A stretch of DNA of 64,000 nucleotides from Octopus vulgaris (Eukaryota): NCBI GenBank assembly GCA_951406725.2, contig OX597843.1:17856001-17920000 (forward strand), read 5' to 3'. Below are positions 15,867 through 29,008 of the stretch, piece by piece (position 1 is the first letter of the stretch; each line of letters begins with the position of its first letter). The translations under genes were made by a program, and so were the position numbers. The notes beneath the pieces were generated by a model. That model did not search any database, was not told the origin of the DNA, and saw nothing but the letters and a program-made list of their open reading frames with translations.

Positions 15867-16367
15867 CATATATGCAAGCATATATGTATATATATAAACA
15901 CACACATATATATATACATACATATGTTTGTGTGTGTATGCCACACGCATGTAACGACATGAATAGCAAAAGACCTGACACTCCACTTTCATAAGGGTAT
16001 ATTCATGCTGATGATGATGTTCTTCATCATCATCATCATCATCATCACAATGTAATATATCTTGTAATCCTATTCTTCGTACGATTTCCCGTGCTCTGCA
16101 TCATGGCGGTGGTTCGATTCCAGGCTGGTGGTGTAACTTCTGAATATGTTGTGCACACTCTCTCACACACACACACTCAGACACAAGCTAAGGTTAATAC
16201 AAGCAGAGACAATCGCATACACGTACGCACACGTCCTATTAATTAACTGAAAATACTTTTAACATAAGATTTAATGAACATAAATATTCTTTCCTGGTCT
16301 TTTACGCTTCTTTTATTCTTTTACGCTTCTTTCAATCATTTGACAGCAGCCATAGATATATGCATGC

Positions 16368-16444
<77 letters not shown>

Positions 16445-16489
16445 CATGTATATATGTATGTATGTATGTATGTATATATATATATAAAT

Positions 16490-16621
<132 letters not shown>

Positions 16622-16675
16622 CAGATTTATAATATATACATATATATATATCGCCAGCTGACCGGTGTCTGCTAC

Positions 16676-16721
16676 TCTAGGCCGATGAAGGACAATGATC
16701 CTGAAACACGGTGTCCCTAGA
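16676..16721 (+). ncRNA. Type I hammerhead ribozyme motif (U4C core variant)
   Basis: TCTAGG-CCGATGA-AGGA caatga TCCT-GAA-ACA cgg TGT-C-CCTAGA: stem I 6 bp, stem II 4 bp, short stem III, GUC triplet. Confidence 0.75.
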
Positions 16722-16969
16722 TGCAGTTCCGGCGGTTGGGGGTGTTTGTCTCCCCTTCGTATGTGTATATAAGGACACAGGATAAAATGTGTCGAAGCTG
16801 TCAGGAGGCGTTCGATGCCTCCTAGGGCTATATAACGGTGGTGTACCCCCTACTGTCACGTTCTTGTTAGATTGACAGTATACAACCATTATATCGCTCC
16901 ACCACCGTACACCTCTCTACGAGAGATTTAGAAACTCAATATTTCTTATATATATATATATATATATAT

Positions 16970-17508
16970 ATTATAAATCTGAAATGCGAAAAGTTTGTTT
17001 GTCTGGATTTGGCATTGAGAAAGGGTTAAGGGCCACTAGATACCGTCGGATTGACTCCAAAATTTACAGGGACATGTAAAATGAGGTGAGGATGTGAGTG
17101 GGCTAGGATAGAAATCCCTATCTTAAAAGGTGTCGTTACTGGGGCAAAAAACGCACACTTTGACAAGCCTTCTCTCATTCTCTTATCTGCCTGTCTTCCT
17201 CTATCTCTTTCGCTTTCCTCCTTCCTTTCACCTTCTCTCTATAACGTCGCTTGATAGCGTCTATTATCTTTCCTCTGCTGCCTTCGCCAACGCTGTCACT
17301 CTCTCCCCCGCCTCCCTTCCCCCCCTCTCTCTCTCTACGTCTGTCTGCATTCATAGAGGGTTTTATTATCGCCACCACCACCATACAATCATGAGAACAA
17401 ATATTATGAATCAGATATTTATTGGGTTAATTTATATGTGTGTGTGTCTGTATCTATATATAAATATGTATATATAATGTATATATGCAAAGTGTATATA
17501 TCTGTATT

Positions 17509-17576
<68 letters not shown>

Positions 17577-18103
17577 GTGTGCATTATGTGGTCGGTTGAG
17601 CTGAAAATATGCACACCTATGTTAAAAGGGCTGGCGAGTTTGCATGGCAACTATTTTTTTCCTCAAATGAAAGGCGTGACCTCTAGGACAAAACTCCCCA
17701 TCTTTTAAAATGTGGCCCGATTACACCCGAATGAAATCGGCTTATATTAACCAAACAAGTAAAACAATGAAAAGCTATGCCATTTTAATCCCAAGTAAGG
17801 TCGGGTATCTCTGTAGGTCTTACTACATATTTGTGAAACGGGCAGACGTTGTCTCACAAGCAGTTATACAGGCAAAAGTGTTAGTAAATATGGTAGGATT
17901 CAGTTGAAAATTTGCACACCTATGTTAAAAGCCCTGGCGAGTTTGCATGGCAACTTTGAGTTTGCTCAATTGAAAGGTATGGCCTCTAGGGCAAAATTCC
18001 TCATTTTAAAGTGTGGCCCACGTAGACCCAAATGAAATCGAGTTATAATACTGAAACAAATAAAACTATTTTAATCCCGAGCAAGACCGGGTTTCTCTGC
18101 TAT
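16970..18103 (+). mobile_element. Probable non-autonomous Helitron-like element with internal ~220-bp duplication
   Basis: 3' hairpin CCCGAGCAAGACCGGG followed by ..CTGCTA; segments 17597-17815 and 17900-18100 are paralogous; terminal CTAG is imperfect. Confidence 0.5.
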
Positions 18104-18153
18104 CTATATATATAAAAGAGGTTTTGGGTCAAAATTGTGTGCACGTTTTGCTA

Positions 18154-18234
18154 CGGTCTCTTTTGCCAAACCGGTACGTGACACACCAACATCGGTTCTC
18201 AAGCGATGTTGGGGGGACAAACACAGACACACAA

Positions 18235-18291
<57 letters not shown>

Positions 18292-18460
18292 TATATACGA
18301 CAGGCTTCTTTCAGCTTCCGCCTACCAAATCCACTCACAAGGCTTTGGTTGGCTCGAGGCTATAGTAGAAGACACTTGCCCAAGGTGCCACGCAGTGGGA
18401 CTGAACCCGGAATCATGTGGTTGGTAAGCAAGCTACTTACCACACAGCCACTCTTGCGCC
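18154..18460 (-). mobile_element. SINE family A, lacking tail
   Basis: Reverse complement of family A head and body. Confidence 0.8.
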
Positions 18461-18712
18461 TATATATATATATAATAACATACATACATACATACATACA
18501 TACAATGTGTATTCCAGAGATTTTTTTCAGGAGAAATGTTTATTCATTTCAAAGAAGCCCAAAACCTGAATTTGCTTCAAAGCTCAAAGTAGGGTCCTCA
18601 GACTTCAGGGTATGTGTTGTAGCACTCCCATCAAATTCGTGAAAGTGCCGGTGAAAGTACTCAATATGTTTATGTGAGTACGTAGGTATGCATGTATATG
18701 TATGTACATGTG

Positions 18713-18765
<53 letters not shown>

Positions 18766-18943
18766 GCATATATGAGTACAGGACACCACAAATAAACGTA
18801 GAACACAACGAGAAACGAAAACATAAAATCAAACAAGGAAACGGACTTTTTTTAACAACGAAAAAACAGAGTACAAGACTAACAATACAAGGAATATTCT
18901 CCTTCATTAGCTGCCCCTGTTTCGACTCAATGCGTGTTTCGAA

Positions 18944-18989
<46 letters not shown>

Positions 18990-19117
18990 AGAGTAAATAG
19001 TTTCTATAATGGTTTTTGAAAAAAACCAACAATTATTTACTGGTAGAATTCGGTATGTAAATATAGCCGATTAACGGTAGGAACTTCTGCAAAGTTCGGT
19101 ATATATATTTAATATAA

Positions 19118-19414
<297 letters not shown>

Positions 19415-19834
19415 AATGAAGAAATAAGTGATATAGATATCCACTTTATACAGCTCAACCGAACACCGCCCTTCATGAATATAAAATTAAGGAGAGGAGA
19501 AAACAAATTCAAAGGCCGATGTCTATATCCCTTCAGTTCATATTAACGAAGTTCTCCACGGTATACAAAGCGCATACATAGACGCATTCACCTATATGAT
19601 AGATAAAAAAATTACTTAGAATTTAAAAATACATACATATACACGAAAATTTATAAATATACAAAAATTCACAGACATAAAAATTTACAAACGTATAAAA
19701 ATTCATAAATGTAAGTATATAAAAAAAAAAGTGTAAGTCCATAAATGTACTTGCGAAGTCCGAATGAAGAGGATGGTGAAGCGGGTGTAAACTGATTCAT
19801 AAGGAGTCTGGAACATGTATAAAGTCTATGTATA

Positions 19835-19991
19835 AGGAGTGGCTGTGTGGTAAGTAGCTTGCTTACCAACCACATGATTCCGGGTTCAGTCCCACTGCGT
19901 AGCATCTTGGGCAAGTGTCTTCTACTATAGCCTCGGGCTGACCAAAGCCTTGTGAGTGGATTTGGTAGACGGAAACTGAAAGAGGCCTGTC

Positions 19992-20063
<72 letters not shown>

Positions 20064-20288
20064 ATGTTTGTGTGTCTGTGTTTGTCCCCCTAGCATTGCT
20101 TGACAACCGATGCTAGTGTGTTTACGTCCCCGTCACTTAGCGGTTCGGCAAAAGAGACCGATAGAATAAGTACTGGGCTTACAAAGAATAAGTCCCAGGG
20201 TCAAGTTGCTCGATCAAAGGCGGTGCTCCAGCATGGCCGCAGTCAAATGACTGAAACAAATAAAAGAGTAAAGAGTAAAAAGAGTAAA
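19835..20288 (+). mobile_element. SINE family A, near full length
   Basis: A box TGGCTGTGTGG, B box GGTTCAGTCCC, internal (TA)n(TG)n, family tail. Confidence 0.88.
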
Positions 20289-20290
20289 GT

Positions 20291-20374
20291 CTTACGGCCG
20301 TTTCGAAAAGATGTAGGTTGCTATGGGTGAGCTAACTCCAACCATAGCAATACTCTGTATTTCTCTCATCAGAG
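20291..20374 (-). ncRNA. Type I hammerhead motif with long stem II and weak stem I
   Basis: Minus strand: CT-CTGATGA-GAGAA..TTGCTATGG..CCATAGCAA..TTTTC-GAAAC-GGCC-GTA-AG; palindromic GGCC loop III; stem I only 2 bp. Confidence 0.6.
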
Positions 20375-20525
20375 TTGATAGAATCATAAAGGCTAAAATT
20401 TCAAAAGAAATGCTGGGTTAAATGATCTGAGAAATCGAATGTTTGATCGGACCATTGTCTTCGGGCAGACGAAGTTCAAATGTATTACGACACGATGTAT
20501 AATATGACGTATATTATGACGCTAT

Positions 20526-20905
20526 TACTCTTTACTCTTTTACTTGTTTCAGTCATTTGACTGCGGCCATGCTGGAGCAACGCCTTTAGTCGAGCAACTC
20601 GAACCCGGCACTTATTCTTTGTAAGCCCAGTACTTATTCTATCGGTCTCTTTTGCCGAACCACTAAGTCACGGGGACATATACACACCAGCATCGGTTGT
20701 CAAGCAATGTTGGGGAGGGGGGGCAAACACAGACACATATACACACACATATATACGACAGGCTTCTTTCAGTTTCCGTCTACCAAATCAACTCACAAGG
20801 CTTTGGTCGGCCCGGGGCTATAGCAGAAGGTGCCACGCAGTGGGACTGAACCCGGAACCATGTGGTTGGTAAGCAAGCTACTTACCGCACAGCCACTCCT
20901 GCGCC
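20526..20905 (-). mobile_element. SINE family A
   Basis: Reverse complement of family A. Confidence 0.85.
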
Positions 20906-20914
20906 TATATATTT

Positions 20915-21235
20915 ATTTATTTATTTTATTTTATCTAGTTTCAGCTCACGAGCCGTGGCCATGCTGGGGCACCGCCATTTGGTGTTGCTACATGACTTTA
21001 CTTCACGAATGCGTTTTAGCAATTGCCATTTGGTGCATGAGAGAGTTCGATGCAGCTGCCCTCATCTGCACCTCCTGCCGTGAAGTTGGCTCATCTGGGA
21101 CACTTGACAAGAAGAGATCCAGTTTTATTTTAAAGACATCTGCATCCACCCCATGCAGGTCTTTCAGGTTCTTCGGGAGGATTTTGAAGAGCTGTGGGCC
21201 TCTGAATCCCAGGCTATCACAGTATCTTGTCCTAC
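20915..21235 (-). mobile_element. CR1-like LINE 3' end (ORF2 C-terminus and 3' tail)
   Basis: YCDSLGFRGPQLFKILPKNLKD..VFKIKLDLFLSSVPDEP..AAASNSL, then GGCGGTGCCCCAGCATGGCCACGG..CTGAAACTAGATAAAA and (TAAAA)n. Confidence 0.75.
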
Positions 21236-21359
21236 ATATAAAATATAAAATTTTAGAAGAGTCCATAATATGAAGCGAGGCTAAATTAGAATCCTAGAGT
21301 TTAATTATTCTTGGAAAGTTGAAACGTTTAAAGATATTTGGGTCCAGAGGCAATTATAA

Positions 21360-21814
21360 AGTCAGATATTTTATTAAGTAAACTATTTTTGTTGGCTCGG
21401 ATTCTGTGGATCGCCTCCATCTTGCATAAATTGCAGTTCTTCGCGTGTGTATTCCCTTATTAGAGACCAATTCAGACTGAACTCTTTGTTGTTCTTTTTT
21501 AATTTATTGATGTAGGTTGTTAGTGTGGTTGAGTTTTTAGTTTCGTGGTTAGTGAAAGAGTTTATATACGCCCTATATCTGCTTTTCAAGTCAATAGTAC
21601 TACCTCTCTTTACTCTTTTACTTGTTTCAGTCATTTTGACTGCGGCCATGCTGGAGCACCGCCTTTAGTCGAGCAAATCGACCCCGGGACTTATTCTTTG
21701 TAATCCCAGTACTTATTCTATCGGTCTCTTTTGCCGAACCGCTAAGTGACGGGGACGTAAACACACCAGCTTCGGTTGTCAAACAATGCTAGGGGGACAA
21801 ACACAGACACACAA

Positions 21815-21848
<34 letters not shown>

Positions 21849-22200
21849 GTATATACATATATACGACGGGCTTCTTTCAGTTTCCGTCTACCAAATCCAC
21901 TCACAAGGCTTTGGTTGGACCGAGGCTATAGCAGAAGACACTTGCCCAAGATGCCACACAGTGGGACTGAACCCGGAACTATGTGGTTGGTAAGCAAGCT
22001 ACTTACCACACAGCCACTCCTGCGCCTATGTAAATTTTTCTAGGTTCATTTAGGGTTGACACTTCAACTTTGTACACGGTATTTCTCCTTAAACAGAAGC
22101 CTTTAAGGGGACAAAATTTCCTATTACAAAAATTACATATTTTAATTTTGTTTCCGGGTTTAGCCTTACTATTTTTGATATCCAAATCCTTATAATTATT
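21360..22200 (-). pseudogene. Penelope-like element GIY-YIG endonuclease remnant, split by a SINE A
   Basis: CNFCNRKFCPLKGFCL..VYKVEV..KIYIG | SINE | STIDLKSRYRAYINSF..NSTTL..LKK..LNWSLI, then (frameshifted) CNLCKMEAIHRI..LLNKISD. Confidence 0.85.
21605..22026 (-). mobile_element. SINE family A, full length
   Basis: Reverse complement of family A, inserted at the YIG motif. Confidence 0.88.
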
Positions 22201-22551
22201 ATTTCCCGTGTTGGGATCAGTTGGGTCATCTCCGATGGTTTCGTTCTTTCCAAGTTTAAGTCTCTTATTTGCTGCGATGATAGATCCAAGATTGGGTGTG
22301 GTAGAATGGGATGATTTAAGACACGATCTATTAGATATAGAATGGTACTTTTGACCAGATGGGATTTTCCTGTTGATAATGCTAAAAAATAACTTAGGGA
22401 GCTTTCTTAGTTGGAGGGAGAAGGGGAGCGTAAACCCTAGAATTTCTCATTTCCTCCCATGAAGAACTTCATTAATATGGATTGAATGAATATATACATC
22501 AGCCTTTGAATTTGTTTTCTCTTCTCCTTAATTATATATATATATGCATAG

Positions 22552-22592
<41 letters not shown>

Positions 22593-22613
22593 ATACACAC
22601 ATACACATACATA

Positions 22614-22661
<48 letters not shown>

Positions 22662-22796
22662 ATATATATATATATACATACATACATATATATACATATG
22701 TATATATATATATATACATACATACATATATATATATTTATATATGTGTGTGTGTGTATGTATATATATATATACAGAGAGAGAGAGAGAAAGAAT

Positions 22797-23055
22797 GCAC
22801 AAGGCTTAGTGGTTAGGGCGTCGGGCTCGTGATGATGCGGTCGTGAATTCGATTCCCGGATCGGGCTGTGTGTTGTGTTCTTGAGCAAGACACTTTACTT
22901 CACGTTGCTTCTGTTCACTCAGCTGTAGAAATGAGTTGCGATGTGAACTGGTGCCAAGCTGTATCGGCCCCTTTGCCTTTCCCTTGGATAACATCAGTGG
23001 CGTGGAGAGGAGTGGCCGGGATGCATGGGTGATTGCTTGTCTTCCATAAACAACG
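22797..23055 (+). mobile_element. tRNA-derived SINE (family D)
   Basis: GGCTTAGTGG A box, AATTCGATTCCC B-box-like, TTCTTGAGCAAGACACTT central motif; related minus-strand copy at 38165-38358. Confidence 0.7.
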
Positions 23056-23091
23056 TATATGTGTGCGCGTGTGTCTGTATGTTGTGGATGT

Positions 23092-23125
<34 letters not shown>

Positions 23126-23190
23126 TGTGTGTGTGTGTCTGTGTGTGTGTGTGTGTATTTATTCATTCAATCCACACAGATCTTATATAT

Positions 23191-23603
23191 GGCGCAGGAG
23201 TGGCTGTGTGGTAAGTAGCTTGTTTACCAACCACATGGTTCCGGGTTCAGTCCCACTGCGTGGCATCTTGGGCAAGTGTCTTCTACTATAGCCTCAGGCC
23301 GACCAAAGCCTTGTGAGTGGATTTGGTAGACGGAAACTGAAAGAAGCCCGTCGTATATATGTATATATATATATATGTGTGTGTTTGGGAGTCTGTGCTT
23401 GTCCCCCTAGCATTGCTTGACAACCGATGCTCGTGTGTTTATGTCCCCGTCACTTATCGGTTCGGCAAAAAAGAGACCGATAGAATAAGTACTGGGCTTA
23501 CAAAGAATAAGTCGCGGGATCGAGTTTCTCGATCAAAGGCGGTGCTCCAGCATGGCCGCAGTCAACTGACTGAAACAAGTAAAAGTGTAAAAGAGTAAAA
23601 GAG
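23191..23603 (+). mobile_element. SINE family A, full length
   Basis: GGCGCAGGAGTGGC.. to ..GTAAAAGAG. Confidence 0.88.
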
Positions 23604-24007
23604 TATGGAAAAATTATTCCGTGACATTGACGAGCGGAACATTGGCGTAAACCAGATCCTGGTCACTTAAATAATATTTTTTTCTTCTATTAAAAAAACT
23701 CTTTTATCAGCAACACACGCAAACATGTATGCATTAAAAACCTTTTTCTAAACAAAAAGTCTCTAAATAACATGTGAAACCCCCTTTTTTTTACCTTCTC
23801 TCTTATTTTACTTGTGTTATTTATGTGGAATTTACCTTATGAACATATTTCAGATAAACAATTATTCGAAAATATTCATCAGACCAACATATGTTTCTAT
23901 TTTTAAGCATAGAATAAACCTATTTAAGTAAACAAGTTGAACTTCTTTTAATTAAACGAAAAATATGTATATTTTATACGTAGAAAATATGTATAAAAAC
24001 ATTCAAT

Positions 24008-24113
<106 letters not shown>

Positions 24114-24281
24114 GTACTCTTTCGCCCCAACTTTCTCTCACTCTTTCTTCCTGTTTCTTGAGTAACGCTGCGATGGACTGGCGTCCCGTCCATTTGGAGG
24201 GAACACATACGCCACAGAAACCGGGAAACAGGGGCCATGAGCCTGGCTAGGCTTGAAAAGGGTGCATAAATAAATAAAAAT

Positions 24282-24322
<41 letters not shown>

Positions 24323-24368
24323 GACCTTTATGAAAGTCTGATATCTGTCCGATATATATATATATATA

Positions 24369-25477
24369 CAGGGGTTGGACAAAATAATGGAAACACCTAG
24401 TGTCCTATCATCAGTAAAAAGTAATTAAAATTCATTAAAACGACAGATATCAGACTTTCATAAAGGTCAAATTGTTGATGCTCGTATGGCAGGTGCTAGC
24501 GTAACGAAAACAGCCGAAATGTTGGTTGTATCAAGAAGTACTATCTCGAAAGTAATGACAGCCTTTGAAAAAAAGGGAAAACCCTCCTCGTCGAAACAAA
24601 ACTCCAGAAGAAAACCCAAACTTTCAGATAAAGACCGTCATATTCTTATGTGAATCGTTAGAAAAGATCACAAAAGTACAGCTCCCAAAATTACTGCAAA
24701 GCTTAATGGCTACCTCGAGAACCCAGTTTCCACAAAAACTGTTCGCTGGGAGCTGCACAAAGCCGGATTTCATGGGAGGGCAGCAATCAGAAAACCACTG
24801 CTTTCAAAAACAAACGTTGCAAAGCGTTTAGAGTGGAGTAAAAACCTACAGAATTGGTCCCTAGAGTTGTGGAAGAATGTTATTTTCCCGAACGAGTCAT
24901 CCTTTACTGTATTTCCGACCACCGGTCGAGTATACGTGTGGAGACAGCCAAAAGAAGCATTTGACCCAGACTGCCTACTTCCAACTGTTAAACACGGAGG
25001 AGGACCTGTGATGATCTGAGGGGCTATATCATGGAAATCCACCGGCCTAATGGTTTCCCTTCATGGCAGAATTAATAGTCAAAACTATTTAAGCATTTTA
25101 TCTGATCAAATTCAGCCTATGGTTGCGGAACTGTTTCCATAGGGAAACGCAATCTTTCACACAGCTAAAGTTGTTACTGAATGACACGAGAAACATTCTA
25201 GTGAAGCTGAACACCTTATCTGATCACCACAGTCCCTAAATCTCAATATTATTGAACATTTATGGTGCATTTTAGATAAACAAATAAGGAGATGATATCG
25301 TTCACCATCATCACTACAAGAACTGGAGACTGTTTTAGCTGAAGAATGGACTAAAATTCATTCGGAAACAATTCAAGCTTTGTACAAGTGTAATTACTGC
25401 CAAAAGTGGTCCTACCCCATATTAAAATAAATTTGTTTGGAATTTTAAAGTGTTTCCACTATTTTATCCAACCCCTG
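24369..25477 (+). mobile_element. Tc1-like (DD34E) transposon, decayed
   Basis: TIRs CAGGGGTTGGACAAAATAATGGAAACAC / GTGTTTCCACTATTTTATCCAACCCCTG flanked by TA; remnants WKNVIFPNESSF, TVKHGGGPVMI, SPQSLNLNIIEHLW with stops and frameshifts. Confidence 0.9.
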
Positions 25478-26199
25478 TATATAACGACCTGAATTCTATA
25501 AGAAATACTTCTTAGCAAAAATCTCAAGATTTGCCAAAGGAAAGCAGGAGTACAACCATTATTGCTTATATAAGAATAAAGGTGCCCGGAGCAATTGCCC
25601 TCTTTAACTCCCTATAAGTCCAGCCCTGTTGCCCCCCCCCCCACCGGAATGCTATCTCGCACCCCCAAGTAGTGCGAACACCTCTGGTTGGGAAGCCCTG
25701 CTCTAAACGGTTCTAAATGTTTCCCCAAATATTCGATGTGTTTAGTCAAGTCTGGATTTTATACAGACGCAGGTGTGGCCGTGTGGTAAGAAACTGGCTT
25801 CCTAACCACAAGGTTCGGGGTTCAGTCCCACTGTCTGGCACCTTGGGCAAGTGTCTTCTGCAATAGCCTCGGGTCGATCAAAGCCTTGTGACAATAAAAG
25901 AATAAAAGAATATATATATTATATATACTTATAGATAATATACATGCATGTGTGTGCGTGTGTGTGTGTGTATGGGGAGGACAACAGCGTTAACCGTACA
26001 TTGAAGATGCACATGAGAATGCAGGAGGCGACCTGGATGACATTGGCAGGAGGGGGGGAATCCTTCACAGCAACTGGAAGACTTCGCCGTACATCGCTTT
26101 CAGAAGTCACATCAAGGGTGATTACAACAGCAAAGTCCGTACCAAAGGCGTGTGTAGTCAACGGTTCGCAGAAAGCTAAGATACTGCCTTCGGGTGACT

Positions 26200-27100
26200 C
26201 CGACTTTGATTTTACTTCAGCGATAACACCCTTTGGAAATTTGTCTTTCGGCCTGGTCTTTTTTTTGAAGGTCAGCATTGGTGGTAGAAGAAGAATACTG
26301 TAGGCGGTGCGTGGTGGTACCCTGGTAAAACTGGATTTCTCGGGGCCTGTCGTTTTAATGTTTCTTGGTCTGGGTACCAACTTTCTCTACATTCTTGTCT
26401 ATTGGGATGTCAAAGGTGAGTGGGACCTCATCCAAATTGATAACTTGGTTAGGGAAGCTGACTTTGTGATCTCTTATCTTGGTCTTGATCTCTTATCTTG
26501 GTCTTGTAGTTTTGTCTGAAACAGTGCTTTTCAACCTTTTTGCTGGAGCGGAACCCCAAGGAAACATTCCACTGGCTCGAGGAACCCCTGTGCAATAATT
26601 TAATAGTCTTATGCACACATATCTGCACAGGAGAAATAAAAATTACTGTTGATTTTAGCATTTTTGTAACTTCTTGCGGAACCCCTGGACTGGACTGGCG
26701 GAACCCTAAGTTTCCGCGGAACCCTGGTTGAAAACCACTGGTCTGAAAAGTTGAAGTTGTTCTGGCTCTCAGTGACAGCTGCTTTCTTCACGTGAACCGG
26801 AGACACCAGGATGGCCCACCTTGGAAGTCGGTCAGCCCAAGGTCTTTGGCTAAGGATACTGCTTTCAGCCTTATTTGTACTATGCTTACACCTCGGTGTG
26901 AGACTCTCTGCTCAAATACCCACCCAACTCTCAACCTGGTCTTCTAGAACTGGTCATCTTGCCTTCTTGCTACGGTTTGCTCCTTTGGTCTTTATGGTCA
27001 GTTGTAGTGAATCTTCTTGTTTGCGCCATGAACGGACCATGGATTCATTTATGCTGCACTGTCTTGCTGTGGCTCTCTTACCATGTTCTTTTGCGTAGTC
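26200..27100 (-). pseudogene. pogo/Tigger-type transposase remnant
   Basis: NLDEVPLTFDIP near 26410-26445, IKTTGPEKSSFT, LPPMLTFKKKTRPKDKFPKGV. Confidence 0.7.
26522..26740. mobile_element. hAT-type MITE with 8-bp TSD
   Basis: Ends CAGTGCTTTTCAACC / GGTTGAAAACCACTG; GTCTGAAA duplicated at 26514-26521 and 26741-26748. Confidence 0.88.
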
Positions 27101-27110
27101 GATACATTCT

Positions 27111-27433
27111 AGACTTTGCATTTCATCCTTTCGGGGTCGATTAAATTAGTACCAGTTACGCACTGGGGTCGATGTAATCGACTTAATCCGTTTGTCTGTC
27201 CTTGTTTGTCCTCTCTGTGTTTAGCCCCTTGTGGGTAGTAAAGAAATAGGCATTTCGTCTGCTGCTACGTTCTGAGTTCAAATTCCGCCGAGGTCGACTT
27301 TGCCTTTCAACCTTTCGGGGTCGATTAAATAAGTACCAGTTACGTACTGCGGTCGATGTAATCGACTTAATCCGTTTGTCTGTCCTTGTTTGTCCTCTCT
27401 GTGTTTAACCTCTTGTGGATAGTAAAGAAACAG
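27111..27433 (+). mobile_element. SINE family B, headless dimer
   Basis: Two tandem core-plus-tail units with the same junction as the other multimers. Confidence 0.8.
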
Positions 27434-27598
27434 ATACATACTAACTTGAACACAGCTTTGTAACTCTTTCTCGAAGGCCTTTTCAAACTAAATACACGTC
27501 AACTACAAAAAAAAAAAGCTAGCTGCGGACGCGTAACTCTATAGGTCCTTAAAAAACCGGTCGTTTTATGTGCGGATATATGCTTTTCATTGTCAAAC

Positions 27599-27764
27599 AG
27601 GCGCAGGAGTGGCTGTGTGGTAAGTAGCTTGCTTACCAACCACATGGTTCCGGGTTCAGTCCCACTGCGTGGCATCTTGAGCAAGTGTCTTCTACTATAG
27701 CCTCGGGCCGACCAAAGCCTTGTGAGTGGATTTGGTAGACGGAAACTGAAAGAAGCCCGTCGTA

Positions 27765-27808
<44 letters not shown>

Positions 27809-28058
27809 CATATATATATATATATATATATGCGCGTGTGTTTTTGTGAGTTTGTCCCCCCAAACATCACTTGACAACCGATGCTGGTGTGTTTATGTCC
27901 ACATCACTTAGCGGTTCGGCAAAAGAGACCGATAGAATAAGTACTGTGCTTACAAAGAATAAGTCCCAGGGTCGATTTGCTCGACTAAAGGCGGTGCTCC
28001 AGCATGGCCGCAGTCAAGTGACTGAAACAAGTAAACGAGTAAAAGTGTAAAAGAGTAA
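27599..28058 (+). mobile_element. SINE family A, full length
   Basis: Family consensus head to tail. Confidence 0.88.
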
Positions 28059-28607
28059 ACTGACCTTGTTTGTTTATCTCCTATAATTGTGCCATTGGGA
28101 TAGTCTTTTCGGTCGTTCCTGAGTGACGGGGACGCTACGAGAATTACACTGGGAGGTATTAGCGTCCTATCCCTGGGTACCGCTCATGGCTTACGTCAGG
28201 AAGAGATATATGGAGAGTTGTAGTAGTGACGGTGGCGGCGGTTGTCTAGATTGGTAGAACCGAGAACAGCAGCGGTAGACGAAGTCTGGAAAGAGAAGAT
28301 TGTGAGGGTTTGGAGATCAAAAAGAGAGAAAAGGAGAGAAGGATATATACAGAGAGTCATACACACACTTGTGTGTGTATGTGTGTGTGAATGCTTATAT
28401 ACACACATATATATGTATACATGCACGCATGTATTCACGCATATATACATATACTTACATATATACATACATATTTATATATATATATATGCATACATAC
28501 ATATATACATATATGTGTGTGTATGTGTGTGTGTTTGTGTGTGTGAGTGCATGTATGTACATACATAGTTACGTTTATGAATATATTCAAAGACACACAT
28601 ATGTGCG

Positions 28608-28639
<32 letters not shown>

Positions 28640-28975
28640 TAGATAGATACATACATATATAAATACATACATACATTCATGCATACATACATACATACAC
28701 ACATACATATATACATACATACATACACACATACGTACATACAAACATACATACACACACACACATACACACACATACATACACACACACATACATACAT
28801 ACACACACATACATACACACATACATACATACACACATACATACATACATACATACACACACACATACACACACATACATACACACACATACATACATAC
28901 ACACACATACATACACACATACATACATACACACATACATACATACATACATACATACCACACATACACACATAC

Positions 28976-29008
<33 letters not shown>

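Noticed and set aside
18895-18945. Minus-strand GAAAC..CTAATGA hammerhead-like pieces
   Set aside because: Core elements are mutated with no consistent stems.
25944-26303. 119-aa ORF as a possible host exon
   Set aside because: Starts in a microsatellite and partly overlaps the antisense pogo remnant; no recognisable domain or clear splice signals.
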